This document shows positions 10,201 to 19,708 of a DNA stretch of 64,000 nucleotides, piece after piece; the first letter of the stretch is position 1; the number at the start of each line of letters is the position of its first letter. The DNA is from an archaeon (GTDB taxonomy: Archaea > Iainarchaeota > Iainarchaeia > Iainarchaeales > JAAZKV01). Below the pieces are notes generated by a model. The model saw only the letters and a list, made by a program, of their open reading frames with translations. It ran no database searches and was not told the DNA's origin. The stretch is from positions 530 to 64,529 of the forward strand of contig JBAYJX010000002.1 in the NCBI GenBank assembly GCA_041664905.1. The letters are read 5' to 3'. The position numbers and the translations under genes were made by a program.

Positions 10201-13200
10201 AGTTACCGGGTTTCTTGAATGTTACTCTTACACTTTCTGTTGCTGCATTAAGTTTTGGATAAAAGTTATCTAGTCTTCCATTAAAGCACTTATTGTTAAT
10301 TACTCCAGCAACTTGTTCTACACTTTTCAAATCGTAAATCGCTTCGTTTAAATCAAAGCAAGAAGTTTTGTCTTTTACTATTACATCAAAGTGTTCAACA
10401 AATTTGTTTGTTCCAACTATTGAAGAAACTCCCACAGGGTACGCTCCAAGCATTCCATTTTTTACAATTACTGTTGTTGCTGGGTCTAATGTTAGTGCTT
10501 GTTCTGCGCCCGCAGCAAGTTCAAATTGCATCATTGGCATTGAAGATAAATCCGTTTCAATATTTACTCTTGCGGTTTCTGCACATTCAGAAGTTACTTT
10601 TACTATTGCTTTTTCAGTAACATCAATTGTAGTGTAAGCATTTGTTGCTGAATCATAGGGTTTATTGTTTAGAGTTACTTTTATACAACTTGGAATTCTT
10701 TTTATTTCATCAGCAATTCCAGGGGTTACAATTATTGATTGTCTTGCTTGTAGTGAACCATTATCATCATCAGCAATAAAAAGAATATTTGTGTCTCTTG
10801 CAATGCTTGTTAAGTTAAGTGTTGTAACACTCATCCCATTTGAATCTGTTGCCCCTTGTTGTAATGGAATTTGTTCCCCAGTAGCGCTTATCACATATGC
10901 TTTCCAAATTGTTTTTGCATTCGAATTATTTGAGTATCTTGTTTTTACAACTACAAATCCATAATTAGCTCCTTCGTAAAGCACATTTGCTTCGCTTTCA
11001 GCAACCACAACAATTTGTAGTTGTTCTTTGTTTTTTACTTTCATTCGCATAGCGTATTGACTTTCAATATTATTTATTGCTCTGGGTGTATCAAGTACTG
11101 CTTCGTAAATACTTCTATTTCCTGCCGAAGGAGTTTTTGTTATAACTAGATACTCTTTGTAATTAGCATCAGAAAGAGGGGCTAAACTTATTTGTCTTGA
11201 CAAAAAATTGTTGTCAGGATTAAAAGCAACGTTTACAAGCGCCCCCGAATCAAGTGAAAGTACTAATGATTTTTCGCCATAATCTTTGTCAGTTGTGTTC
11301 TTTGCAATTGATTTAATTGTATAATTATCTCCAATTTGAAGTATGTTTACTCCATCATCAACTGGGCTGTATGCACCATCATTTCTTTTTATATAATTTG
11401 AAAATAAAAACGGTGGACAATTTGCACCTAAGCAAAATTGTTCGCCTAACTTAAATTCTTTTGAGTAAGTTAAACTTTGATTTGTTCCAAAAAACCCTTC
11501 AAAATTAAGTGTAAGTGTATCGCTTGCGTTAGGTGAAACAACTATTTCTACTAAAACCGGTATTTGTCTTGGACCTGTTTGGTTTCCAAGTAATACATTT
11601 ATTTGTTTAGCATTTGAATCCACTATTGGATTGTATGCTTCTTCTATTGCACTTGCAATATATCTTGAAGAAAGTAATCTTGTTGAACTATCTATTGAGT
11701 ATGCATCGTTCAAGTACATTCCGTTTGTATCATTAGTGTCTTTTTTACCTGAATAAAAATTAACATACGCATTTGCAGTTCCGGAAGTATTAATAATAAA
11801 ATCAAATAATGCATAATATGTTTTCCCGGCTAGTATTCTATTGGATTCTCTTTCATCCCCAGTAATTGGGTTTGAATCATAAATTCTTCTTAGCTTCATT
11901 TGAACTAAATTATTGTTTGAAAGTTCTTCCGGAGCTATTTGAAAAATAGTTTTTTTCTGAGAGGTTTTCTTTACGTCATAAACAAATCCTTCATAAGGGA
12001 AATATTTGTTATAATCTGAAATTATTCTTAAATCAGCTCCAACAAAGTAACTAAGTGTTTTGAACGTTGATGTTCGTATATCTGCTGCTTTTTCAAATAC
12101 TGAAAATCTTTTTTGTAGTTGGGCCTGGGGAACAATTGCATTAGCATCGTTCATGAAACCAAATGTGATATATCCTTGGCTTGTAATTAAAACAAGAGTA
12201 ACTTCTTTGTCAAGTGTGGTTATTTGAATATTATCCAAGAAACCTTCAGTTGCAGAAGTATTTGCTCTAACTGAGTAAGTTCCTGCCGGAAGACCTGAGT
12301 AAATCACAACCCCGTTTTTGTCTGTACTAACTTCTTTGTCAAAATAACCTTTGAATGAACTATTAAACAATTTTGTTGATGCACCAACTACGGGTTTATT
12401 TAAATCGTCAATTATATTTATTTTTAGTTTTGCTCCGCCTTGTAAGAGTTCTACTATTTGAGGACTAGCGCTTCGTCTTAGTTTGTTAAGTAAAACAACT
12501 TTTGTTTGAAATCCTTTAGCTTTTATTGAAGCATAATATGTTGCATTAATATCATTCACTGGTGTTGGACCATATACCCCAAAAATATCTGTTTGTTGAG
12601 TTACAATAAGATTCATATCTGTTCCTTTTGAAATAAATAATTTTACTTCGGCAGCAACTATTGGAGAAGAATTATTTACAACTTTTATGAATACATTATT
12701 TGCAACATTACTATCATTCCCATTCAGAGAAGTTATGCTGTCAAAAAATATTTGTACATCTTTTACTTCACCTGCTTTTATCGAAAAAGACCCATTAACT
12801 ACTACCCCGTTAGCAAATGCACTGTAAGTATAAGTCCCTTCTTCTAGGTCTACACTTGCTTGTGCTTGAGCATTCAAAAGTACTGTTTGATCCCTATCTA
12901 GTTCATCAGTAAGTGTTATTTGTGCATTAGGCAATATTCCTGCAGGACAAGAAGCATAAAAAATTGCTGTTCCTTTAGAAACTTTTTCTTTTAACGTTAT
13001 TGTTTTTGATTCATCTTTTGAAGAAAGTGTAACAGTTTTTTCTTCATACCCTTGAGCAAATCCTCTGAGTTGGATTGATGTGCACCCAGCAGGTAAATCA
13101 AAATTAAATCCAGTGGAACTTGATTGAATTATTGTTTTATTTGGTTTTCCTTCAGCAATACAAATTAGTTCAAGACCGGCACCACTAATTAATTTTCCTT

Positions 13201-13684
13201 TATTATCTACAACTTTTGCAAAAAAGTTTTTTTGAGCACTTGTTATTAGAGGAGATAATGAAAGCGTAACTTTTGTTTCAGTAAAGATTAACTCTTGACT
13301 TAATGGAAAGTACTTTTCTTTTTGTACTGAAACATTTGCTGACTCGCTACAAGCAAAAAAGAATGCTTTTCCAGCTTCATTTGTCTGTAAAGTCAAACTC
13401 TTTTCTTCCCCACTGTCACAAACCTGAGAAAAAGTAACTACTGCCCCACCAATTGGCTGCCCTTGTTTTGTTTGAATAGTTAATTCCACATCAAAAGCAG
13501 AGTTTTGTATAAAAAGCTCAGACCAAAGTGCTACTATTAATAATAATATTATTATTACTAGGAAAAGAGCAAAACTAGGAATATATTCATCAATTTTGTC
13601 AGTAACTTTTAGAATTGGAACAAACTTATCTACTTTTTCGAGTATATCATACCATTTGTCTTCAAGAAAAGAATATAACCCCAA
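7235..13684 (-). CDS. giant (2149 aa) membrane-anchored surface protein
   Basis: Single uninterrupted ORF with an apparent TTG start. N-terminal TM segment FALFLVIIILLLIVALW. Then repeated beta-rich, Ig/carboxypeptidase-regulatory-like segments (e.g. GQPIGGAVVTFSQ, GKLISGAGLELICI, NKPVVGASTKLFNS...GLPAGTYSVRAN), with many N-x-S/T sequons and Cys. Confidence 0.8.
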   Translation of the reverse strand: MGLYSFLEDKWYDILEKVDKFVPILKVTDKIDEYIPSFALFLVIIILLLIVALWSELFIQNSAFDVELTIQTKQGQPIGGAVVTFSQVCDSGEEKSLTLQTNEAGKAFFFACSESANVSVQKEKYFPLSQELIFTETKVTLSLSPLITSAQKNFFAKVVDNKGKLISGAGLELICIAEGKPNKTIIQSSSTGFNFDLPAGCTSIQLRGFAQGYEEKTVTLSSKDESKTITLKEKVSKGTAIFYASCPAGILPNAQITLTDELDRDQTVLLNAQAQASVDLEEGTYTYSAFANGVVVNGSFSIKAGEVKDVQIFFDSITSLNGNDSNVANNVFIKVVNNSSPIVAAEVKLFISKGTDMNLIVTQQTDIFGVYGPTPVNDINATYYASIKAKGFQTKVVLLNKLRRSASPQIVELLQGGAKLKINIIDDLNKPVVGASTKLFNSSFKGYFDKEVSTDKNGVVIYSGLPAGTYSVRANTSATEGFLDNIQITTLDKEVTLVLITSQGYITFGFMNDANAIVPQAQLQKRFSVFEKAADIRTSTFKTLSYFVGADLRIISDYNKYFPYEGFVYDVKKTSQKKTIFQIAPEELSNNNLVQMKLRRIYDSNPITGDERESNRILAGKTYYALFDFIINTSGTANAYVNFYSGKKDTNDTNGMYLNDAYSIDSSTRLLSSRYIASAIEEAYNPIVDSNAKQINVLLGNQTGPRQIPVLVEIVVSPNASDTLTLNFEGFFGTNQSLTYSKEFKLGEQFCLGANCPPFLFSNYIKRNDGAYSPVDDGVNILQIGDNYTIKSIAKNTTDKDYGEKSLVLSLDSGALVNVAFNPDNNFLSRQISLAPLSDANYKEYLVITKTPSAGNRSIYEAVLDTPRAINNIESQYAMRMKVKNKEQLQIVVVAESEANVLYEGANYGFVVVKTRYSNNSNAKTIWKAYVISATGEQIPLQQGATDSNGMSVTTLNLTSIARDTNILFIADDDNGSLQARQSIIVTPGIADEIKRIPSCIKVTLNNKPYDSATNAYTTIDVTEKAIVKVTSECAETARVNIETDLSSMPMMQFELAAGAEQALTLDPATTVIVKNGMLGAYPVGVSSIVGTNKFVEHFDVIVKDKTSCFDLNEAIYDLKSVEQVAGVINNKCFNGRLDNFYPKLNAATESVRVTFKKPGNLENIDFNATVIGSAIESQVQCGASSNVLNVLASGNAGPRGAVLPGSVAKELNFGDEFTSYCEQAYYDGNYIEKPEPDLNITNPTIPMYRMPVVSDYTASRVSTQANKKQKRIDFATVSLGSQVDSNLFPVGTYAGLNGTMNPGLIDVYGPITSLGAPYPAGGYLINYYWDAASAQSLKFDPAYPENSMKKYVPTNNTVYNGFDLTTPQRWYAGAPFWNGKDESIQTKYVVLASGGPHNPQNTRGASISEAKNFIQQYVQGYQKKQKCGKFWCLVKIIIKPVWMWDFSASYDDQTSQLETQFETLDRYVPFTERRIVWTKEVHLKTTEGVVQDLGRYSTTVTPAWTNITTWDNKSKGLKVGDTSVGANSAFQVIGLHNNGLVAPETIPGAIRGCVLGDTVCEANLAAAQDGNINWIIRPAEDPLVEYDSTGRVMYYVPQNTIPGYAEGTPYVRTFLKNQHMYAEYIGLPEIAGSNIDFNIKKINLLGQEYAVITVQDWVKDASGNLIKQAKAFQIKLNGNSTNCFATDGTPGTTGKEFAPKLFFNWDWNGIGYNQCDTTNDASTYCDGTQFTISLFQRINKINDLFLANKRQEVPKYASFYAYMVKDNYSQAFLDDFDEYYSSVPFTGASFFNSTGTSMRFDKFIENKTLAGNNRIQFFFRDENGNTQSTGQLPKPGIYRVELGFALDNENAQALLTPEGPNAVISVTFKFEQAPKNNNPFYETPFDGMVGKKGSTFARANYGVSLIVPERQYVPLTSTIKLTETYTNAFKTIWYNLIENPLELNNGFVINYSKADNTLRFYPSKPIPVLATIQNTQGGRTKLAYMIEGLPIGTTVPKEWMLNDSTIGADGCTDFDNKVLYVYSDINLGGSIREINWTGTKSGAMKLSTVFFMPLNYSPSLNFFNKGDILESSFKTYPEITSAGGIQLTNNLAGYAPSTILEVFNSIANEQMCISQNSVDELKIWWNKEYLNSLVEKINDGSFGRCAEK

Positions 13685-13754
13685 GTTGACTCACTATACA
13701 AAATAGCCCTTTTTTGTTAATAAATCTTGCCTTTGTCTAAAACAGTTCAAATAT

Positions 13755-14360
13755 TTAATAAGAAGTAAAATTTATTTCAGATTTACTCATTTTTTTATAA
13801 AAATCGTGATCATTTTCAAGAACTTTCCAAGAAGTAAACATCCAATCAAACCCTGTCCAAATAGTAAACCATGCAGCAGGCTCAGCTAATAAAAATAATA
13901 TTCCTTTTAATAACTGGAATAAATCTTGTGGAACCCCCTCTAGCGGTCTAAAAAATATCACTGCAATAACTGATAAGGCAACTCCACCAAAAACTAGCAT
14001 CCCGCCATTTTTTTTTCTTAAAAATATTTCTTTTTCAAGTTGCTCATAGTGTTTTTTGAAATGATCTCTAAGTCTTTTTTTTATTATAATTTCAAGATCA
14101 GGTTTTTTAATCTCAAGAGGAGTTAAAAATGTCAAGTCTATTACCCCATTTTTCTTTTCTACACTAGCACGTTTTATTTCAGATAAAAAGTCATCAGATA
14201 GTGCTCTTTTGTCAAATGTTCTTGGATCAAAATCAGAGAAAATATCATCATACGAACGAATAACTACAGAGATCTCCGATAATTGTAAAGATTTTTGTCT
14301 TGCTGCCCACTCGTCTGCTTCTCGAGCAATTTTTTTAATCGCATCTCCACTTTCAGACAT
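13755..14360 (-). CDS. hypothetical membrane protein (2 predicted TM) upstream of the giant gene
   Basis: Hydrophobic segments MLVFGGVALSVIAVIFF and GILFLLAEPAAWFTIWTGF. No family recognised. Confidence 0.5.
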   Translation of the reverse strand: MSESGDAIKKIAREADEWAARQKSLQLSEISVVIRSYDDIFSDFDPRTFDKRALSDDFLSEIKRASVEKKNGVIDLTFLTPLEIKKPDLEIIIKKRLRDHFKKHYEQLEKEIFLRKKNGGMLVFGGVALSVIAVIFFRPLEGVPQDLFQLLKGILFLLAEPAAWFTIWTGFDWMFTSWKVLENDHDFYKKMSKSEINFTSY

Positions 14361-14438
14361 ATGACAATATAGAGTCTTTTGGATTTTTAATCTTGTGGGT
14401 AAGAAAAGAACCGAATAAAGTCAAATAATTAAGAAGTA

Positions 14439-15068
14439 CTAAGCCGCTTCACTTTGATTTTTCCTTCTTTTTTCTTCTTTAAGTAACGCAAGATCTTCCG
14501 CTTTGATATAAGCTCCGCGGTAATAAACATACCCTGCTTTTCTATCCGCAAAAAATCTCAAACGAACTCCTTTTTTCTTTAGTTTTCGTAGAGTCCGATA
14601 AAAATCTTGTTTTTGTTCTTTGCTTGTTGGTGCAAAGTGGTTAACTGAATTATCTTTATCTAAACCCTTTGTATTAGTTAATGGTATTCGTTTCCCTTTT
14701 CTCCAATAATAAGTATATCCAGTTACTTCAGCACTTTTTCTTATTGAAGCCCCTTCTTTTCCACCCCCACCCCATCTAACTTGTGAAACTAAATCTAATT
14801 TGCTGGGTAATATGTCGGGAAATTCAGATTTTTTGTAGTTATGTGTATGAATAAGCGATCTGTTTTTTGTGGGGTATTGATATGTTGAACATGCATCTTT
14901 AGCTTCATGTGCATTAGCTGAAGCCCTAACTAATCCCCAACGAGGGATATGAATCCAAGCCCTTTCTGTTACTGTTGGGCTTGCTTCAATAGTTTGAGTT
15001 GGACTTGTTCGCAAAGTTCGCACTCGTTTTTTGTATTGTCTGCGCATAATAGACGAACGCCTCAACAA
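14439..15068 (-). CDS. arginine-rich hypothetical protein
   Basis: 209-aa ORF; an ATG alternative lies at 15047. N-terminus MRRQYKKRVRTLRTS. About 23 Arg by hand count. No family recognised. Confidence 0.5.
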   Translation of the reverse strand: MLRRSSIMRRQYKKRVRTLRTSPTQTIEASPTVTERAWIHIPRWGLVRASANAHEAKDACSTYQYPTKNRSLIHTHNYKKSEFPDILPSKLDLVSQVRWGGGGKEGASIRKSAEVTGYTYYWRKGKRIPLTNTKGLDKDNSVNHFAPTSKEQKQDFYRTLRKLKKKGVRLRFFADRKAGYVYYRGAYIKAEDLALLKEEKRRKNQSEAA

Positions 15069-15215
15069 AATAAAAGCTTTGCCTAAAAAAAAGAAAAATT
15101 AATGTACAACCCATTGCAAAATGCCCTAATAAATGGGGGTTTTAAATTATTCACTTTATAACTTCTGTGCTATTAAAGCAAAATAATTTTATTGTATAAG
15201 TGGATGGTGTTTTAG

Positions 15216-15377
15216 ATGAAAAAATTGTGTGCAAGATGTGGAGTTATTTTTGAAGCAAAAACTAATGATGAAAAGTTTTGTTCACCAAAATGTGCTGCAA
15301 TATTTCAAGAGTCCTCTTTAGGTTATATTAAAAAAAGAAATGATACTGAACGAAAAGTTTATGCTCCTGAAATGTAA
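15216..15377 (+). CDS. small zinc-ribbon protein (53 aa)
   Basis: My own translation: MKKLCARCGVIFEAKTNDEKFCSPKCAAIFQESSLGYIKKRNDTERKVYAPEM, with a CxxC...CxxxC pattern. Below the ORF-track size cut-off. Confidence 0.4.
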   Translation: MKKLCARCGVIFEAKTNDEKFCSPKCAAIFQESSLGYIKKRNDTERKVYAPEM

Positions 15378-15390
15378 TTAAATCTAAATC

Positions 15391-16347
15391 CTAGTTATCG
15401 GAAAAGTACTCTAGTAAGTGCTTTTCCATTTCTTCTATTGTTTTTGATAAACCAAATTTGTTTCGAAGTACTGCTGCGCCTTCAAATCCTTTTGCGAGTG
15501 AAATAAAATAAGGTCTTGCGTCATTTGGTTTGAGTGAAAACTCTTTTACTAATTCCAAAAATCTTTTTGCTTCGAGCAAAATTTCTTTTTTTGTTCGAAG
15601 AGGAATACTTTTTCCTAAAAGTAAAGCGTTTGCTTGTTTAAAGAAAAATGCATCACCCATTGTTGCTCGCCCAATCATTTCAAAATCACACTTTGTTTCT
15701 TTTTTCATTCGCAAAACATCTTCTGGACTTCTAATGTCTCCATTCCCAATTAGTGGAACACTAACTTTTTCTCTTAGAAGAGCAATTTTTGTCCAATCAG
15801 CATTTCCAGAGTATCCTTGTGTTCCCATTCTTGGGTGAAGAGTGATTGCATCAACGTTAGCTTTCTCTACTTCGTTAGCAACTTCCAAAAAAGTTTGTTT
15901 ATCAAGTCCAAGTCGCATTTTTATCGTAATTGGTTTATTTGTAGCGCTTTTCATTGCAGAAATAATTTCTCCAACATTAATTGGATTATTCATTATGGAA
16001 GATCCATATTTTCCCTTTATTGCTTTTGGGACAGAACATCCAGAATTAAGATCATATCCAACAAAGTTTTCTGGAAATTTTTTTTCAACTATTTCGATCG
16101 CTTTTTTAAAATCGCTTGGGTTTGAACCAAAGAGTTGTAAAAAAACGGGTTTTTCACTATCGCTTACCGCAAGCATTCCTACAGTTCTTTTGCTTTTCAT
16201 TAAAATGGCTTTTGAGGAAATTAGTTCGGTGTAAACAAGGGCGGCACCATTTTCTTTTGCAAGTGTTCTAAATGCAACATTTGTGTAATCTGCCATTGGG
16301 GCGAGAAATAATTCTCCCGCAAGTTTCAATGAACCTATTTTTTTCAT
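15391..16347 (-). CDS. dus: tRNA-dihydrouridine synthase (Dus family)
   Basis: LAPMADYTNVAFR, TIM-barrel FMN pattern (ITIKMRLG, ITLHPR, GNGDI). 318 aa. Confidence 0.85.
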   Translation of the reverse strand: MKKIGSLKLAGELFLAPMADYTNVAFRTLAKENGAALVYTELISSKAILMKSKRTVGMLAVSDSEKPVFLQLFGSNPSDFKKAIEIVEKKFPENFVGYDLNSGCSVPKAIKGKYGSSIMNNPINVGEIISAMKSATNKPITIKMRLGLDKQTFLEVANEVEKANVDAITLHPRMGTQGYSGNADWTKIALLREKVSVPLIGNGDIRSPEDVLRMKKETKCDFEMIGRATMGDAFFFKQANALLLGKSIPLRTKKEILLEAKRFLELVKEFSLKPNDARPYFISLAKGFEGAAVLRNKFGLSKTIEEMEKHLLEYFSDN

Positions 16348-16419
16348 AATTAACTCTTAATTAGTTGACTTAATAAAACAAAGTGATTTGACAAAGGATT
16401 AGCTGGCGGACACAAAGAA

Positions 16420-18471
16420 TTATTTTATTGTTATTACTGCATCTACTGCAAAGCAGCCGTTCTCGGTTACGAATACAGGATTAAATTCTATTTCTTTTAT
16501 TTGAGGGTAAGTCAAAACTATGTTTGATACAGCTTTTAGCATTTTTTTGAGTGAATCAATGTCATACTTTTTCTTTGTCCGGTAACCTTGCAAAACTTTT
16601 GTTCCTTTTACTTCTGAAAGCATTTCCTCAATATCTGAATCATTAATAGGGGCAATTTTTTGGGAGAAGTCCTGCATTATTTCAACAAATATTCCCCCCA
16701 GTCCATAAGTAACTGCTTTTCCAAATTCAGTATCAATTGCGGAAACAAGAACTTCTTGTCCGCTTAGCATTTCCTGTAAAGCAAATCTGGGTTGGATTTG
16801 CATGCTTTTCATTTTTTCAGACATTAGCTGAATTTGTCCCTCAAGTTCTTCTTTGTTTTGAATATTTGCTTTAACTAAGCCCACATCTGTTTTGTGTGCT
16901 AAACCGCTGGCAGTTTTTAACGCAACCGGATAATTTAGGTGTGCAAAATCAACTTCTTCTTTTTTTGAAAAGAAAATTGTTTTTGGAGTAGCTATTCCAA
17001 ATTCTTTAAGTAAAATAAAGGATTCTTCCATAGATAGTTGTTTTTTTCCAAAAAGCATTTTTAGTATGGCTTTATTCGGTTTTACTTTTTGTTCAAATGA
17101 TTTTTTTAGCTTCTTTCTATTTGTGTATTCGGCAAGTCTTGACAGTGCTTTTATTCCTCTTTCAGGAGTTTCAAACTCTACTACTCCGTGTTCTTTTAAG
17201 TATCTGCGTGGATGTGAAACTGCAGTTCCGCCCAAAAACGAAGCCATAATTGGTTTCTTTTTGTTTAATGCAGCAATAATGTCAGCAACTCTTTCAGGAT
17301 TTGTCATACTCTGGGGAGTAAGTAGAGTATAAACAATATCTATTGCTGGATCATCTTGTATTGTTTTTAGTGCAGTTCGGTAATCAATGGGTTTTGCATC
17401 CCCAATTAAATCAAGTGGGTTTGATGCGTGCGGATTTATTTCTTTTACCGCAGCTAGTGTTTTTGGACTAAAATTAGGTAGAACAAAATTGTGTGCAGCG
17501 GCAGAATCCGCAGCAATTACCCCCGGTCCGCCAGCATTTGTAACTACCCCTAGTCTAAAAGAATTTATTTTTTTCATTTTTGATAAAAGTTTTGCCATAT
17601 CAAAAAATCCTTCAATTGAGTTTACTCTCAAAATGTTTGCTTTTTTGCATGCAACTGAAAATATTTTATCATCAACACTCATCGCGCCTGTGTGCGAAGA
17701 AGCAGCTTTTTGTCCTTCAACTGATCTGCCAGATTTTATTAGAATTACTGGTTTTTTCTTTGCAAGTTTTGCGGCTTCTTTTAAAAATAGCTCTGCATTT
17801 TTCACTGATTCCATGTAAACAAAAACGGATTTTGTTGCAGGATCTTTTTCTAAATATGAAAAATAACTAGCTTCGCTTAAGAAAGATTTGTTTCCAGTTG
17901 AAATAAATTTTGAGAAACCTACTTTTTCTTGTCTTGCCCAATCAAGAATTGCTGTGCATAATGCTCCCGATTGTGAAACTACTGCTATGTGTCCATATTG
18001 TGGGAAAGTTGCTGAAAAAGAACCATTAAACCCATTTTCAGTGTTTATTACTCCCAAAGTGTTTGGCCCAACTACTGCCATTTTATGTTCTTCAATTATT
18101 TGTCGCATTTCATCTTCGAGTTTTTTCCCTTCTTCTCCAATTTCTGAAAACCCGGCAGTTATAATTATTGCAGCTTTAATATTTTTTTGAGCACATTCTT
18201 TTAGGACGGCAGGAACAAATTGTGCAGGAACACAAATTATTACCGAATCAACAGGTTTAGTTACTTTTAGAATTGATGGGTAAGCAACAATCCCTTGAAT
18301 TTCTTTTTCATTGAGATTTATTGGAACTATTTCTCCTGCAAAATCAGCTTCAATTAAATTTTTTACTATTGCATAACCCACTTTTCCAGGAGTGTTTGAT
18401 GCCCCAATAATAGCAACTCGTTTTGAGTTAAACAATTTTTCTAAATTAATAGGAACTATATTGCTAGGCAT
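16420..18471 (-). CDS. acd: ADP-forming acetyl-CoA synthetase (fused alpha/beta, ACD)
   Basis: Three parts in 683 aa: N-terminal CoA-binding domain (VAIIGASNTPGKVGY), a succinyl-CoA-synthetase-like flavodoxin domain and a C-terminal ATP-grasp. Confidence 0.9.
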   Translation of the reverse strand: MPSNIVPINLEKLFNSKRVAIIGASNTPGKVGYAIVKNLIEADFAGEIVPINLNEKEIQGIVAYPSILKVTKPVDSVIICVPAQFVPAVLKECAQKNIKAAIIITAGFSEIGEEGKKLEDEMRQIIEEHKMAVVGPNTLGVINTENGFNGSFSATFPQYGHIAVVSQSGALCTAILDWARQEKVGFSKFISTGNKSFLSEASYFSYLEKDPATKSVFVYMESVKNAELFLKEAAKLAKKKPVILIKSGRSVEGQKAASSHTGAMSVDDKIFSVACKKANILRVNSIEGFFDMAKLLSKMKKINSFRLGVVTNAGGPGVIAADSAAAHNFVLPNFSPKTLAAVKEINPHASNPLDLIGDAKPIDYRTALKTIQDDPAIDIVYTLLTPQSMTNPERVADIIAALNKKKPIMASFLGGTAVSHPRRYLKEHGVVEFETPERGIKALSRLAEYTNRKKLKKSFEQKVKPNKAILKMLFGKKQLSMEESFILLKEFGIATPKTIFFSKKEEVDFAHLNYPVALKTASGLAHKTDVGLVKANIQNKEELEGQIQLMSEKMKSMQIQPRFALQEMLSGQEVLVSAIDTEFGKAVTYGLGGIFVEIMQDFSQKIAPINDSDIEEMLSEVKGTKVLQGYRTKKKYDIDSLKKMLKAVSNIVLTYPQIKEIEFNPVFVTENGCFAVDAVITIK

Positions 18472-18582
18472 GCAACAATAATATAATAAGGGTATTAAAA
18501 AGTTTTGGACATGCAGAATTGTTAAACATTTAATTTTTGGAACAAGATTTAATCTTGTCCAAAAAAATCAGTTTTAATTTAG

Positions 18583-18735
18583 TTATTCTTCTTCAACAAA
18601 TTTTTTTATTGCATCATAGTTGTCCACTATAAGCTTTGCTTTACCTTTCCCAAATTGAAATGGAAATGTGTCTGTTTCATTTCGCTTTAGTATTATCATT
18701 TTGTTTCCTTTGAACTCTCCGTATTCAACAACCAT
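18583..18735 (-). CDS. small hypothetical protein (50 aa)
   Basis: My own translation: MVVEYGEFKGNKMIILKRNETDTFPFQFGKGKAKLIVDNYDAIKKFVEEE. A short hairpin plus T-run (about 18540-18570) follows on the coding strand. Confidence 0.4.
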   Translation of the reverse strand: MVVEYGEFKGNKMIILKRNETDTFPFQFGKGKAKLIVDNYDAIKKFVEEE

Positions 18736-18810
18736 TTTTCATCACCTATGATTAATCTGCCCTTGGAAATACTTAAAAAACTACTTAAATGTTTGCTTGG
18801 AAAGTTCTTT

Positions 18811-19680
18811 ATGGAAGTAAGCGAAAAACAAAAAACAACCATTACTGTGCCAGTGCCACAACCCAATTTAGTTGCCCCAACTATTTTAGAGCCAGCTAAA
18901 GAAAAAATTGCTTTAATTTATTCTATTGAAGACCCTGCAGGGATGCTTATAGCTGAAAAAATTAAGGAAATAGGTAAACCTGATTGGATAGAGTTTTATG
19001 AGATAACTAAAGATATTGTCTTTGCTAATTTAACCAAAGTTAAAGAGAGTAAAGTTGTTTTTCTTTCGCGTCACCAAAGTGCAGTTGGAACTAAGTCCCT
19101 CACTGTGCACATGATTGGAAATTTTGGGGAAGCAAAGTTTGGTGGAAAAGCACGAACGTTATCAGGCACTCTCCCAAAAATTGGGGCAAATTATTTACGA
19201 ACACTAAATGAAAAAAATACTTCTTCAGGTTTAAATAAACAAGGTTTTGTTGTTACAATGGAAGTTACTCACCACGGCCCTTTTTCAAACAAAGGTTGTG
19301 TATTTATTGAAATTGGTAGTTCTCCGGCGGATTGGAAAAATCCACTAGCAGCAAAGATAATTGCAGAAACCATAATTAGCGAAACTTTCAAGATTAATTC
19401 TGATAAAGTTGTAATTGGTTTAGGGGGAGGACATTATGCCCCAGATTTTACAAAACTCCTTCTTCGCCAAAAATTTTCTTTCGGACACATTTGCCCAAAA
19501 CACCAGCTTGAGAATCTCAACAAAGAACTCTTGCTAAATATGATTGAAAAAAGTGGCGCAACACAAATAATTCTTGACTGGAAAGGGCTTAAAGAAAACA
19601 AAGAAAGGATTATGTTTCTCTGCGAAAAATCAAGAATGCCAATAGAAAGAGTGCAAACTTTGTTAAAATCTGATGCTTAA
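18811..19680 (+). CDS. dtdA: D-aminoacyl-tRNA deacylase, archaeal DTD2 type
   Basis: FLSRHQS, LTVHMIGN and MEVTHHGP motifs. The ATG at 18811 is preferred, because the track start at 18748 leaves only 12 nt to the divergent gene. Confidence 0.8.
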   Translation: MEVSEKQKTTITVPVPQPNLVAPTILEPAKEKIALIYSIEDPAGMLIAEKIKEIGKPDWIEFYEITKDIVFANLTKVKESKVVFLSRHQSAVGTKSLTVHMIGNFGEAKFGGKARTLSGTLPKIGANYLRTLNEKNTSSGLNKQGFVVTMEVTHHGPFSNKGCVFIEIGSSPADWKNPLAAKIIAETIISETFKINSDKVVIGLGGGHYAPDFTKLLLRQKFSFGHICPKHQLENLNKELLLNMIEKSGATQIILDWKGLKENKERIMFLCEKSRMPIERVQTLLKSDA

Positions 19681-19708
19681 AATTAAAACTAATAACACTC
19701 AAATCACA

